A stretch of DNA of 64,000 nt from Phoronis australis. Its lineage: Eukaryota; Animalia; Phoronida. Shown here one piece after another: positions 40,301 through 51,017 of the stretch. The stretch covers positions 1,508,710-1,572,709 of the forward strand of contig NMRA01000026.1 in assembly GCA_002633005.1 (NCBI GenBank). Direction: 5' to 3'. A program made the position numbers and the translations under genes. The notes under the pieces are model-generated. The model was not told the origin of the DNA and ran no database searches. It worked only from the letters and a program-made list of their open reading frames with translations. Every line of letters begins with the position of its first letter. Positions within the stretch are counted from its first letter, which is position 1.

Positions 40301-43300
40301 GGCGCAAAGCTGTGTACTAAATATAGTCGTCATACAGCTAGCTGGCTGGCTACTATCAGACATGCTCCACAAGGTTGTTCAACCTTGGAACACGATTTTG
40401 CCCAAATATTGCAAATTAAAATCGCACCTGTGGTACTTTTAAGGTCTAAATGAAGCAAAATACAGTGTAAGTTCCTAACCAAAACAGAAAAAGTTACTGT
40501 CTTTGACATCTTCATACAGCGCCAGCTGACTACTAGGCGATTATATCGAAATAGTACATCCCCATAAAAAGTTACACATTTCAAAAGAATGCAAATAAAA
40601 TCAAATGAACCATACATATAGAAACATGGATACAATTTAGTCAGCATAACTTGAACATATCCATGAACATCTGTCATGGTTTGATAGAGTTTCTCTTACC
40701 AGGTGCCATTTTGAGGAAGTTATGCAAAATCATGCATGTAGACCAATAAAAAGTCCAAGGGACACAAAATCTTACAAATTTCCCCTGATACCTTCCCATG
40801 CTATTTCGCAAGTGTCACGCGCTTCGCTCAGTCTCGGCTGTCTCGCGCTAGCCTTTGCCAAGGCAACACGTAGCCCCTCAGTTGGCCAGTTAGGGGCTAC
40901 AATACTTCCCATCGCTTTCTGTACGAATTTCGTCCCATGTATTTTAAACGGGTGGTAGGACACATCTGATCACCGATTAAGAGTTTTCATCTCGTCAAAA
41001 ATACATTCTACATTTAAAACTGTCACTTAAAAATGAGCTTACTACTTTCTTATCTACTAGAATTAAGGTGACTTTGGAAAAGAATTCCAACTCCACCTTT
41101 TGGTCACCGTTAACTTTTCCACAAAATATTTCAAATGAGTCACGTGAGTTATGCAAAGGCTAGCGCGAGACTGAGCAAAGCGCGTGACTTGGCGCGTGAC
41201 ACTTGTAAAATAGTATGGGAAGATATCAGGTGGAATTTTTGAGTTTTGTGTCCCTTGGACTTTTTGTTCGTAAACAGGCATGATTTCTCGTAACTTCCGC
41301 AACATGGCACCCGGTGAGAAAAACTCGAGCGAACCGCGACAGATTTTCATAGTTATGTTCAAGTTATGTTGATTAAATTGTATTCAGAGTCACGGTTTGT
41401 GTTAATTATAACTCCATGTGCATTTTAGGCAATTACATCGCTCTGGATGCCGCAGGCATACATGGGCGATAGTATATCCCCACAAAAAGTTACTCATTTC
41501 AAAATACAGTAAATAAAAACAAATGAACCATGCATTTAGGAACATGGAGTTATAACTAACATATACCATGAGTCTGGATACAATTTAGTCAGCAAAACTT
41601 GAACAAATCGAAAATCTTGTCGCGGTTTGCTCGATTTTCTCTTACCAGGTGCCATTTTGAGGAAGTTACATAAAATCACGCATGTTGATGAATAAAAAGT
41701 CCAAGGGACACAAATCTTTACAAATTTCAACTGATTCCTTATCACTGCTATTTTGCAAATGTCACGCGCTAGTGTCACGCGCTTCGCTCAGTCTCGCGCT
41801 AACCTTTGCCCAACTCACGTGACTCAGTTGACCTACTTAAGGTTACCGCGCGCATGGTGAAAAAGTTAACGGCAACCAAAAAAGTGGAGTTGGAATTCCT
41901 CGCCAAAATCATCTTAATATTCTCATAACTAAACTTCATCGAAGAGATAGAAGTAGAAAGGACCAATGATGAAAGTAAGTGCTTTTTTAAATGATAGTTT
42001 TAAGTGTGGAATGTATTTTTGACGAGTTCAAAACTCAAAATCAGTGACCTGATTTGGGTTACCGCCCGTTTAAAATGCATGTAACGAAATGCATACAGAA
42101 AGCGAATGGAAGTACTGTAGCCCCTAAATGGCCAACCGAGGGGCTACGTGTTGCCTATGTGCATTTATGCATGTTTCATTAGATTTTATTAGCTGTATTT
42201 TGAAATGCGTAAATTTTTATGGGGATGTACACTATCGCCCCTGTATGCCTGCGGCATCCAGGGGGATGTAGGGGTCACAGGCGTCCTCAGCTTCTGATCG
42301 TCCCAAATACACTACATATCAATTTATAATACTACAAGGTATGACACTCCCGACTAGAAATTCCATGGGTGCTTCACCTCAGCCCTCCATAGCTAACATA
42401 AAACTCAATAAATTTACACAAAACAAGGTTTAAACAAACCATTGCCAATTGTTCTTTTTTCCAATACCATCAAAGAACAAAAATGTTCACAAAAAGCCCA
42501 AACACACTTCCATCTTGGACGGCTCGAGGTCAAGGACGGTACGGAAATTGCCAGTTTGTCGCGTAAAGTCACGATGTCGATAACGGCGTCCATTTGTAAT
42601 TCATCGGTAATTTCCATACCATCCTTGACCTCGAGCCGTCCAAGATGGAAGTGTATTTGGGCTTTTTGTGAACATTTTTGTTCTTTGACTGCGAATTTCT
42701 TACCAAGTTGCCGGAACAGGACACCGTGAATGGTATTGGAAGACAGAACAATTGCCAATGGTTTGTTGAAACCTTGTTTTGTGTAAATTTATTGAGTTTT
42801 ATGTTAGCTATGGAGGGCTGAAATGAAGCACCCGTGGAATTTCTAGTCGTGAGTGTCATACCTTGTAGTATTATATAGTGTATTGGGGACGACCAGAAGC
42901 TGAGGACGCCTGTGATAACACATAGCCATATTGCACTCGACTGATTCGCCTGTACGTAGTAGGGCACAAGACAATGACCATCGCCGATTAAGACCATCGC
43001 CTCTGTTGGCCCGAACCAGAGGCGATGCAGCTCCTATAGGCGCACCTGTTGGCCAACATTTTGGAATGTTACGTGAAAACTACGCAAGTTAACACAAAAC
43101 AGAGGTTGCTCAGCTGGTAACTGATACACTCGGGGGTTCTTCTGTACTGAATCCCGCTCTGCGAAGATTCTTACCTCGACTTTCCCCACTATTCCTGTCA
43201 CGTGGTATGTAAACGTCCCCGACTTTGCCGTACTCCTCAAATGTGCGTTTCAAAGTCTCCATAGATGTTCTGTATGGAATGTTATCTACTTTGAGACTCG

Positions 43301-43340
43301 TCATTCCTTCTGTATTCGGCGGTGGGCGTCCGTAACTCAT
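36755..43340 (-). CDS. SRSF2: Serine/arginine-rich splicing factor 2 (SC35) paralog A, 199 aa, 3 coding exons
   Basis: Exons 43340-43175 ([56 protein letters not shown]), 39339-39129 ([39 protein letters not shown]...[11 protein letters not shown]), 36977-36755 (RS domain, TAG). 600 nt in frame; RRM aligns with recalled human SRSF2. Confidence 0.95.
37593..38550 (-). mobile_element. pogo/Tigger-like transposon remnant carrying a frameshifted HIRAN-like ORF
   Basis: Terminus CCGTATTCGCCCTAATAAGCGCCC (minus, from 38550); ~600 bp homologous in inverted orientation to ~53295-53850; peptides [26 protein letters not shown]...IVGRVP, LQVP...FSG...IKKLKTLL at ~37905-37593. Confidence 0.6.
40861..42156. 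repeat. 1.3-kb fold-back (palindromic) element in SRSF2-A intron 1
   Basis: Ends AGGCAACACGTAGCCCCTC / GAGGGGCTACGTGTTGCCT; arms ~40861-41420 and ~41540-42156 are diverged reverse complements; extra partial copies at ~40545-40860 and ~42160-42270. Confidence 0.8.
42275..42915. repeat. 640-bp fold-back (palindromic) element in SRSF2-A intron 1
   Basis: Arms 42275-~42552 and ~42606-42915 are near-perfect reverse complements (one ~40-bp indel); the mirrored ORFs in the six-frame track reflect this. Confidence 0.9.
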
Positions 43341-43471
43341 TTTGAAACAACTATAACAGTTGCACCTTTCGAAGAAACAAAATGGCGTCCAGCGATATGT
43401 AGTCTCGAAATCCTTCTGATAGTCTGGGTTCGAGACTGAGAGCATTTCACGAAAGACGTCGCTCTAGTCGG

Positions 43472-43541
43472 TAACCTGGTTCCCGGGCCTCACAAGATCA
43501 CGACACGGATAACCAATCTCGTGGTTCTGTGCAGGAGACTA
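43472..43541. mobile_element. 70-bp micro-transposon with 10-bp TSD upstream of SRSF2-A
   Basis: TAACCTGGTTCCCGGGCCTCACAAG...TCTGTGCAGGAGACTA flanked by CTCTAGTCGG at 43462-43471 and 43542-43551. Confidence 0.7.
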
Positions 43542-44834
43542 CTCTAGTCGGTTGGCGACTGGTTTCACGTACGATCCATCACATTTACAAAATATCGCAA
43601 AAACGGGTGATGAGGCTGGATCACGCACTGTTGGCTTACTTACGGCCAAATCGCAATCAAGGTCCATANTGCATTAGTAAAATCAACAAGTTTTTAAGTG
43701 GTCTCAAAAAAACAGTCGGTAAATGCATTAATTTTAGTCTCAGTTCTTCCACGCGTGTTTCTCCCGAGAGGTTAGTACCTAACGTGCAGACGAGCGTTCC
43801 AAATTGGAACGCTAAGTCCCGCGTGGCAGCGCTGCACGCGAAACAAGATGGCGGACGACCTTTGGAGACTGACGACGAGAGGTAATCGGACTATATGATC
43901 CGTCACATTTACAAAATATCGCAAAAACGGGTGATGAGGCTGGATCACGCACTGTTGGCTTACTTACGGCCAAATCGCAATCAAGGTCCATATTTGGTGG
44001 CCACTTTTGGTGACGAAGGTTGTCGTATAACTGTAAAAGCTGGGTTATTTTCAAGTAGGCCGACCATCATTCCAGGTTTGTCTGAATCTAAAATATTTTT
44101 GCACAAGAACCACCGAATAAAATTTTATGGCCCATTGCATCGCAGTTGTATAAAAGGGTACGTACACTACAACCGACCATGCAAAAATTCACTTTGATAA
44201 GGTAGCTGTTAATTTAATAAGTTTTTGATTAAATTGAAGAAGTATCACATACTCAAATAAGAAAAGTTATTACCGTGCTGATCAAGTTGTTCTAGATGAT
44301 GATACATTGCATATCTTAACACAGTATAATGCGAACTTCCTTCTCTTGCAATATGATTCTTACAAAAAGAAAATGACAAGTAACTGCTTTTCAAAAACTT
44401 TGGTGCTATTTACCTAGTTTTCAATGCTAGGCCCAGTGTTCCACTTGTAAACAGTAAAAAATGGTACTGGTTGGGGGGANGTACACAACGCACAGTCACA
44501 ACGTCAAATTTTGACTAATTAGGTTACAAATGTATGGGATGGTCTCGAGTTTTGTGCTGCCTCTACTTGTTGGTTTGTTGCAAACTGAAGTTGTCTTGAG
44601 AGATAGAGAACCTGCCTCTGCAACATCAGTTGTCACATAACGTGTCTTCTAGGATTTTCAGTACTAGCCGATCCTGTGTGGCATTTTATTGTCCACAAAT
44701 TTGATAATGTCCATAGTTTTTTGTCAGACTGTATTCATTTTGGAAATATGAGTATTGTTCATGAGAACAGCAGCTGTATGTAAAAATTCTTGTGGACAAT
44801 ACTTTATAGCACAGAGGTTGAAAGTACAAACTCT

Positions 44835-45425
44835 ACACATGGGTACGTACACTACATTTCAATGACTTTTCAGGTTTATAAAAAATAATTAAAATTTATT
44901 GAGAGTTAGTTTATTTTCCAATATTCAAAGAGAACAAATAAATGTACAGCATGCAGTCATGTGCATATCGGTCTGTCATTCTTTGAAAACAGGCACATGT
45001 TAAAATATAGGGGTAAGTACACTATACAAATGCTAATATTTCACTCAAAACAAATGTATTTGTAATTAACAACCTATTAACCTAGCATTTTTAATGGAGG
45101 AAGTTGTCTGTGACAAGTGTTGCTTATTTACTGTGTAATATTTTTGTTTCATAGTATTTATTCACATGGGGGTACGTACACTACACAGGTGTACGTACAC
45201 TACATTTCAATGACATGTCAGGTTTGTAACTAAATACTAAGAATCTTCTGAGAGTAAGTTGATTTACTAAATCAATGCAAAGAGAAAAAAATAAAAAGCA
45301 CAGCTTTTATGTGAATATCTGCCATACTTTGAAAATAGGCACAAATATAATATAGGGGTACGTACACCACACAAATGCAATATTTCACTCAAAACAAATG
45401 TATTTGCAATAAACACCCTTTTAAC
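44835..45425. repeat. Diverged direct repeat (~44835-45080 / ~45185-45425) with recurring GGGTACGTACACTAC motif
   Basis: Shared TACGTACACTACATTTCAATGAC ... ATATTTCACTCAAAACAAATGTATTTG; motif also at 44157. Confidence 0.65.
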
Positions 45426-45429
45426 GTTA

Positions 45430-45997
45430 CGGCGCCCCCCCCCCACAATAGCAATTCTTCAGAAAAAGAATTTTTTCCAAAAATATTACATGTACATGTA
45501 CACTGTATGATATTGCGCAAGACAACTTTACTATACACCAGTCACAAACGTGTGGAGTGTAATAGAATGACACGGCATGACAGATAAGATAAAAACGTTG
45601 CACGTCAATTCGCCTGAATATCAGGGTTGCGGCACCACAGTATTTATCCTAATCAAATCAAAACATATCTTAGAGTAAAGAAGCTAGTTACCTAAAGAAA
45701 TCAGCTATAGAACTGCTCTTTCAGCGGTGGATCCATCTAAAATGCTTGGCTACTTCAGAAGCGTCAACGGAAGCGTGCGCACAATTGATCTTCGCGCGTT
45801 TTGCCGATGAGCCACGAAGACTCAGCAATTCACAATGCAATTTTTTTAGAGTGAAACCCCCCCCCCCTCAATTTTTCCAAGTTGGTTTACTTGGGGTTTA
45901 CACACGCTAGCGGTGCCGTTTTTGTTTTGCTGGAGACGTTTTTTTTATTTTTGGGTCCTGGCCCAAGGGGGGGTTAAACCCTCTGAATCCGCCACTG
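45430..45997. mobile_element. Right end of the hAT-like family seen at 17559-19941
   Basis: High similarity to 19328-19941, ending in AATCCGCCACTG. Confidence 0.8.
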
Positions 45998-46566
45998 TGA
46001 TTTTAGGGTGAAAAGTGCCGATTTTGCACTTTTTTGCCCTTATTTTTCTTAGTTCAGTTTGGTTTCCACTGGGAGTGAAAGGGTCAAAAATAGAAGAGAG
46101 TACAAAGTTTCTGCGCTCATCTGTAGGACTTGTGATGTGAAATGACTCAAAACTTTTCTTTATTTGCATGCAGTTTTTGACAGAGAGAAGAAAGGGTGAA
46201 GAGTCCATTGACGTGTATTCTGATAGTCAAATCCTGTTCAGTGCCTCCTAACCTGAAAGGGGTTTCCCAGATTTCAACCAATAGGAATGACTGAATGCTA
46301 CGTGTAGACTCTAACCTGATTAACTGGTCACTCCCAAAACCGGCGATGGCTGTCCCGGCTAAGAAAACGTTATCTAGTCACGTAGTAACTCTAACTTAAT
46401 TTCGAGAAATAACCTTCAAAATGTTTTTCAGCAGAAAATTAACACTTTTAGGTCTCCGTCGCTGGGAATTTTGAAATGATCGGTGATCTATCAGGATGCG
46501 CGCCTGATCCCGAAAAATCTACATTCCCTCCCCAAATTCTCTTTTTAATATTTTTCCAGTATTTCC

Positions 46567-46717
46567 NNNNNNNNNNNNNNNNNNNNNNNNNNNNNNNNNN
46601 NNNNNNNNNNNNNNNNNNNNNNNNNNNNNNNNNNNNNNNNNNNNNNNNNNNNNNNNNNNNNNNNNNNNNNNNNNNNNNNNNNNNNNNNNNNNNNNNNNNN
46701 NNNNNNNNNNNNNNNNN
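46567..46717. other. Assembly gap (run of N)
   Basis: Continuous N bases; followed by ends of CAG-type elements (ATCCGCCCCTG, TTCCGCCACTG). Confidence 0.99.
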
Positions 46718-49700
46718 CCCCCCCACCCAACTCAAAATCCTGAATCCGCCCCTGTTATCTTGGAATCCTAGTTCCGCCACTGGGGTTTAACAGAATAGTC
46801 GGACGACACAAACACAATACAGAAGCAGGGGTTTACTTTTAAGCGTGAACTGGAGAGCTGGCCATTCGGCGTCAGGCCAAAAACTCTCACGAATACGCTG
46901 AATAGTAAGAATTTCCAGTGAAAGTGAGCCCAACACATTCATTAGTCGAAACCTGCCCGATAGTATAGGGGCCCTGACTGGTCACTTTAGTTGCGGGCGA
47001 TAATACTCAACTCCAATGCTGCAAGCTAGTAGTCAGTGAGTCGAGGCTACGGTACTCTTAGTGGTGGATTAGTGGCACCAAGGCCGGATTTCCCATTAAG
47101 TATTACAGTAGGGCTTCGAATAATTTCAGGGTTCCCACACAAAAGAGAGGTCTCACCCCGAGGGGACCAACACACGGCAGCAAAACGTAGGAGTATAAAC
47201 AAACGTGCACTTAGCTGAAAGTGGCTTCGACAGTATATCATACTAAAGGTACGAACAGCGAGTGCCTTGTACTGCGTTCGGTACTTGGGACTTGGAGCTA
47301 ACACTTCGCTCACGACCGGGTGCAGGGCATGGTTTGGCGGCTTAATCCGAATGCAGTCGTTTTTGACCGGGGTGCAGCTGGTAAACTAGGACACCCATCC
47401 ATTTAAAAGTGACATTTCATTTGTAAAGAGTTTCCATGGAAAAGTAGAAATGCACGAGTTTTGTAGTTCAGAAACCGGCTCTTTGTAGGGCTTAACTTCA
47501 CAAACTCATTTGAACCCAACCCTCTCGTGAATTGTTTTTCAATTTAATTAAACATAGTGGATGGGGTTATACAAAAAAATGAAAGTCCAGAATTCTCAAC
47601 TCTGAATAATAGGAATATTGAGAATTTCTGTTCGGAATTTGACTGAAAAGGCATCCTAGCAAAAGGAATTTTGTTGTAACCGTGTCATTTTTCGTAAAGA
47701 ATTTTGTAGTGAAAGGCGCCTAAATTCGTAGGAAAACTGGCACCGAGCGGCACATTCTAAATGCCGCTCTTGCGAAGACCGGTCACTATTTGATTTGGTC
47801 AAACTCTACCCACTCCTCCAGTGCCACTTTTGTCAGGTCACCCTTAATCGTCGCAGAGGTTTTATTCGGACCTTAATGACGCTGCAAATCAGTTCGCCCT
47901 AGGAACCAGTACTTACTGGTTCCTAGGTTCGACCAGTGGGGAACAAAGCCCTGAATAAAAAATTTTGAGCCCAAACGCACTGCCAATTTCGCTTTCGATA
48001 ACCGTTAATATTGAAGGTCCCGTTAACTGTTTCCAAAACGTTTGAGACAATCATAACATCCCCACGAACCGGCCAGGAAATGTGCGTAAGCCTAAAAATT
48101 AATCAGGTTTGTACAAGTTATAAACCCATATCAAAGGAATTCAATGACACTGGACCCTAGCGAATAAAACCAGGAATTTGTGTTTAAGAATAATAAGAGA
48201 CCACTTATGTGTGAGCAAACGGACAGTTTGATTTTCGTTAACATCATCAATCAAAATATGGCTTACGTCACACCAAGGTGGGTTTCTAGCCTGTATAAAA
48301 GTACACTAACATAAAAGTACGTAACTCTTGTGAGAAAGGATTCGTTCATTAGCATTTCAAGCACCGAAAAAATGATTCAGAGGTATCCAAGCGGTTAGTT
48401 ACCAATCAAGTTCATTTTTCAACTGTTCACGTCCAGACATTGATGTGAAAAACTTTTTCACACAGATTAAAAGCACACTTATTTATTATACCTTTTGCAG
48501 CAATTATCAACAAAAATCTCAACCATGCCTCAACTACTTATACAAAATGTATCTCGTTAACAATCAGACGACCTAGTAAAAATAGTTGCCAACTGACGTG
48601 TGTTGTAGAACACAGAGGCCAACGTCCAGAGTGCCAGGGCATTCTGTGAGCGTACTTCAATAAAAAATTTACCTAGTAATAATACAAAGACCGAGGTGAT
48701 GCAGTATCACGCAGAACATGAACTTTCATAACTCACACCTAGGAGTTCCTAGAGCCAGTTTTCCGTCAGAGGTCAGGTTTAAAAATTTGAGATTGAGAAC
48801 ATCTACTGGTCGAGAGCTTGCCACACATGACCAACGGATAGGTTTCGTTCATCCCCCACCATCAAAATGCATTTGGACTTTTTTTCTAGAAACCATAGAC
48901 GCACCTGAGGGGGGCTCGGGGACCTCCAACGAACCCCCAATTTGGTAAATTGGGCAAAAAGTCCGAGCAAACGAGACATAAGTCCACAAGAATTCGACGC
49001 AGAAGTCGTAGGCCGTTTTTTTTAGTACTCATAGATTTTCTTCGGCAAAAGGTCCTCAAAACGAGAAATTCGAGCCCCCTATATTTTAGGTTGGGTGCGC
49101 GCATGGAAACTTATCCCCGGGTTCATACACTTAACTGCACACTATTATTCACTGGGCAAGAACATGACCCCAATCAGGTTACAGATCTCCCCACATTCAA
49201 TCATAGGTTAAAACTAGAACAATTCACTGGCAGCAGTTGGGTCACTTTCATGTTTAAATAAAAGCAGTTTCAAACTCACCTTCCAACACAAAACCTAACT
49301 TTTGATTTTGGCAACTTGCCTTTACGAAATCGGTCTCAAAATTATTCAAGCTGGAGACCATGCTGGGGCTTCAAAATAACTGACACTTCGTTATTGATGG
49401 GGACAAGGGTCAACAATTTGACTTGTGACACCCGTCATGTAATGTGCCCCGCATGGTCTCAACGAATAATGAACGGTCATTCCTTTGCAAGACCAAAAAC
49501 CACTTCACACCTGTATCTTTACATTATTACATTGGACATTTATAGAATGTTGCCTTAGTTTGCATATTATGTTTTGGCTTTGCACACTAAATGCATACAA
49601 CTGCACTGGTACAGTCTAGAATTCAAATCGACAGTTAGTCCCTTGCAAACCCAGAAATCCCTTCTAAACATGAGTAAGGATTTTGGGGCATATTTTATGG

Positions 49701-50475
49701 CATAAGCCGTTGTTCCCTTCTTCAGCGGAATGGGGTTTATAGTCACTTAAACAAAAAAAAAACAGGGAAATAGACTCTATAACAAAACAAAAGAATCAAC
49801 CTATACACAAACTCAGAAACATAAGTTTAAGAGTAGTGGTGTGTGATAGTGCTTACAGAAATAACTTTCAACAAGCACCAGTGTGTTCAGGATACTAAGT
49901 ACTGCATACACCACAACTGTTGCGAGTTTGACTGTGTCCCAATCCAGCAATAACTGACCCGAGTAATGAATGTGTAGATGTGTTTTAGGTTTTAAAGCAA
50001 ATACCTATTGTATTTAATCTGCTGTAAATTAACTTGTTCATAAAAGTGTGTATGCTTTTGTGGTCCATTTTGATACCAAGTGTAGCATAGACCAGTTTTA
50101 TTCTACTGCAAAGGCAATAGATGAATGACTGTATAACACGGGTTGCAAAATAACGGAGACCAGCACAGCTTTGTAGTGTGTTCACCTTGCAGAAATGTAA
50201 TGAATATTGTTTATTAAGGAGCATCTGTACATGTGTCTGGTTTCAGGTGTCAGTGACTAGCACAGCTTCGTATAACATAGTGTGTTCACTCTGCTGCACG
50301 TGTATTATGGCTGTTTATAAGGAGGTGTCTGTACATGAGTTTGGTCATGATGTATCAGCGACCAGCACAGCCCCACATTACTCTTCAGCAGCAAAAGGCA
50401 GCAAGCAGCTCTGCACCGCCCAGACAGCTTCTTGCACTGCTCAGGCCCACTACTGCTCGTAACTTACAGCAACGC

Positions 50476-50935
50476 CTAAGATAAGTCAAGAAAATGGGCG
50501 TTAAGACAGCACAAAGTAAAACAGGTTTATTACAAAGATTAAAATATCAAACGCAGCTACCTACTACTGACATTATACCAAAAAATCAATGTATGAGCCA
50601 CTTGTATTGTTTAAGCAGCATACAATAAGTTCTCTCCATCAAAGGGCTTTCACTGATTTTTGAGTGTTGCCGAAATATATTTGCCATCAGAAACCAAACC
50701 AAGTTAAACAAAATGTATTTGTTTGGCTCCAAACTCATACATTTGTGCCCATTGTTTATATTCTTGAAAACATATTCTGCTGCACTGAGAACAGCTAATC
50801 AACTAAATCTCTCCCGAAAAGCATGCATAGCAATGTAGCTTAGAAAATAGTACATGCATTAAGCAAGTCAAACTCAGCTAATGCAGCACACAACACAAAA
50901 ATAAAGTCTTCATTATTCACATTCATGATATTAAC
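50476..50935 (-). other. Candidate 3'UTR intron of SRSF2-B containing a poly(A) signal
   Basis: Donor CAG|GTTAAT 82 nt after the stop; AATAAA at 50531-50526; CTTAAC branch-like motif, pyrimidine tract and TCTTAG| acceptor at 50476; distal AATAAA at 50215-50210. Confidence 0.6.
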
Positions 50936-51017
50936 CTGAAGTCAGCTCTCACAGCAACCAGCACTACGATACAAGAGGCAGTACAGCAATGAGAGTTCAC
51001 GCCACCTTCAGGACATT

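Noticed and set aside
42414-42758. Pair of mirrored ORFs on opposite strands with shared peptide [22 protein letters not shown]
   Set aside because: Direct consequence of the DNA palindrome; no recognisable domain.
43848-43881. Possible first exon of a gene divergent from SRSF2-A (ATGGCGGAC...AG|GTAATC)
   Set aside because: No downstream exons or recognisable product; lies in a likely allele-specific insertion at a contig join.
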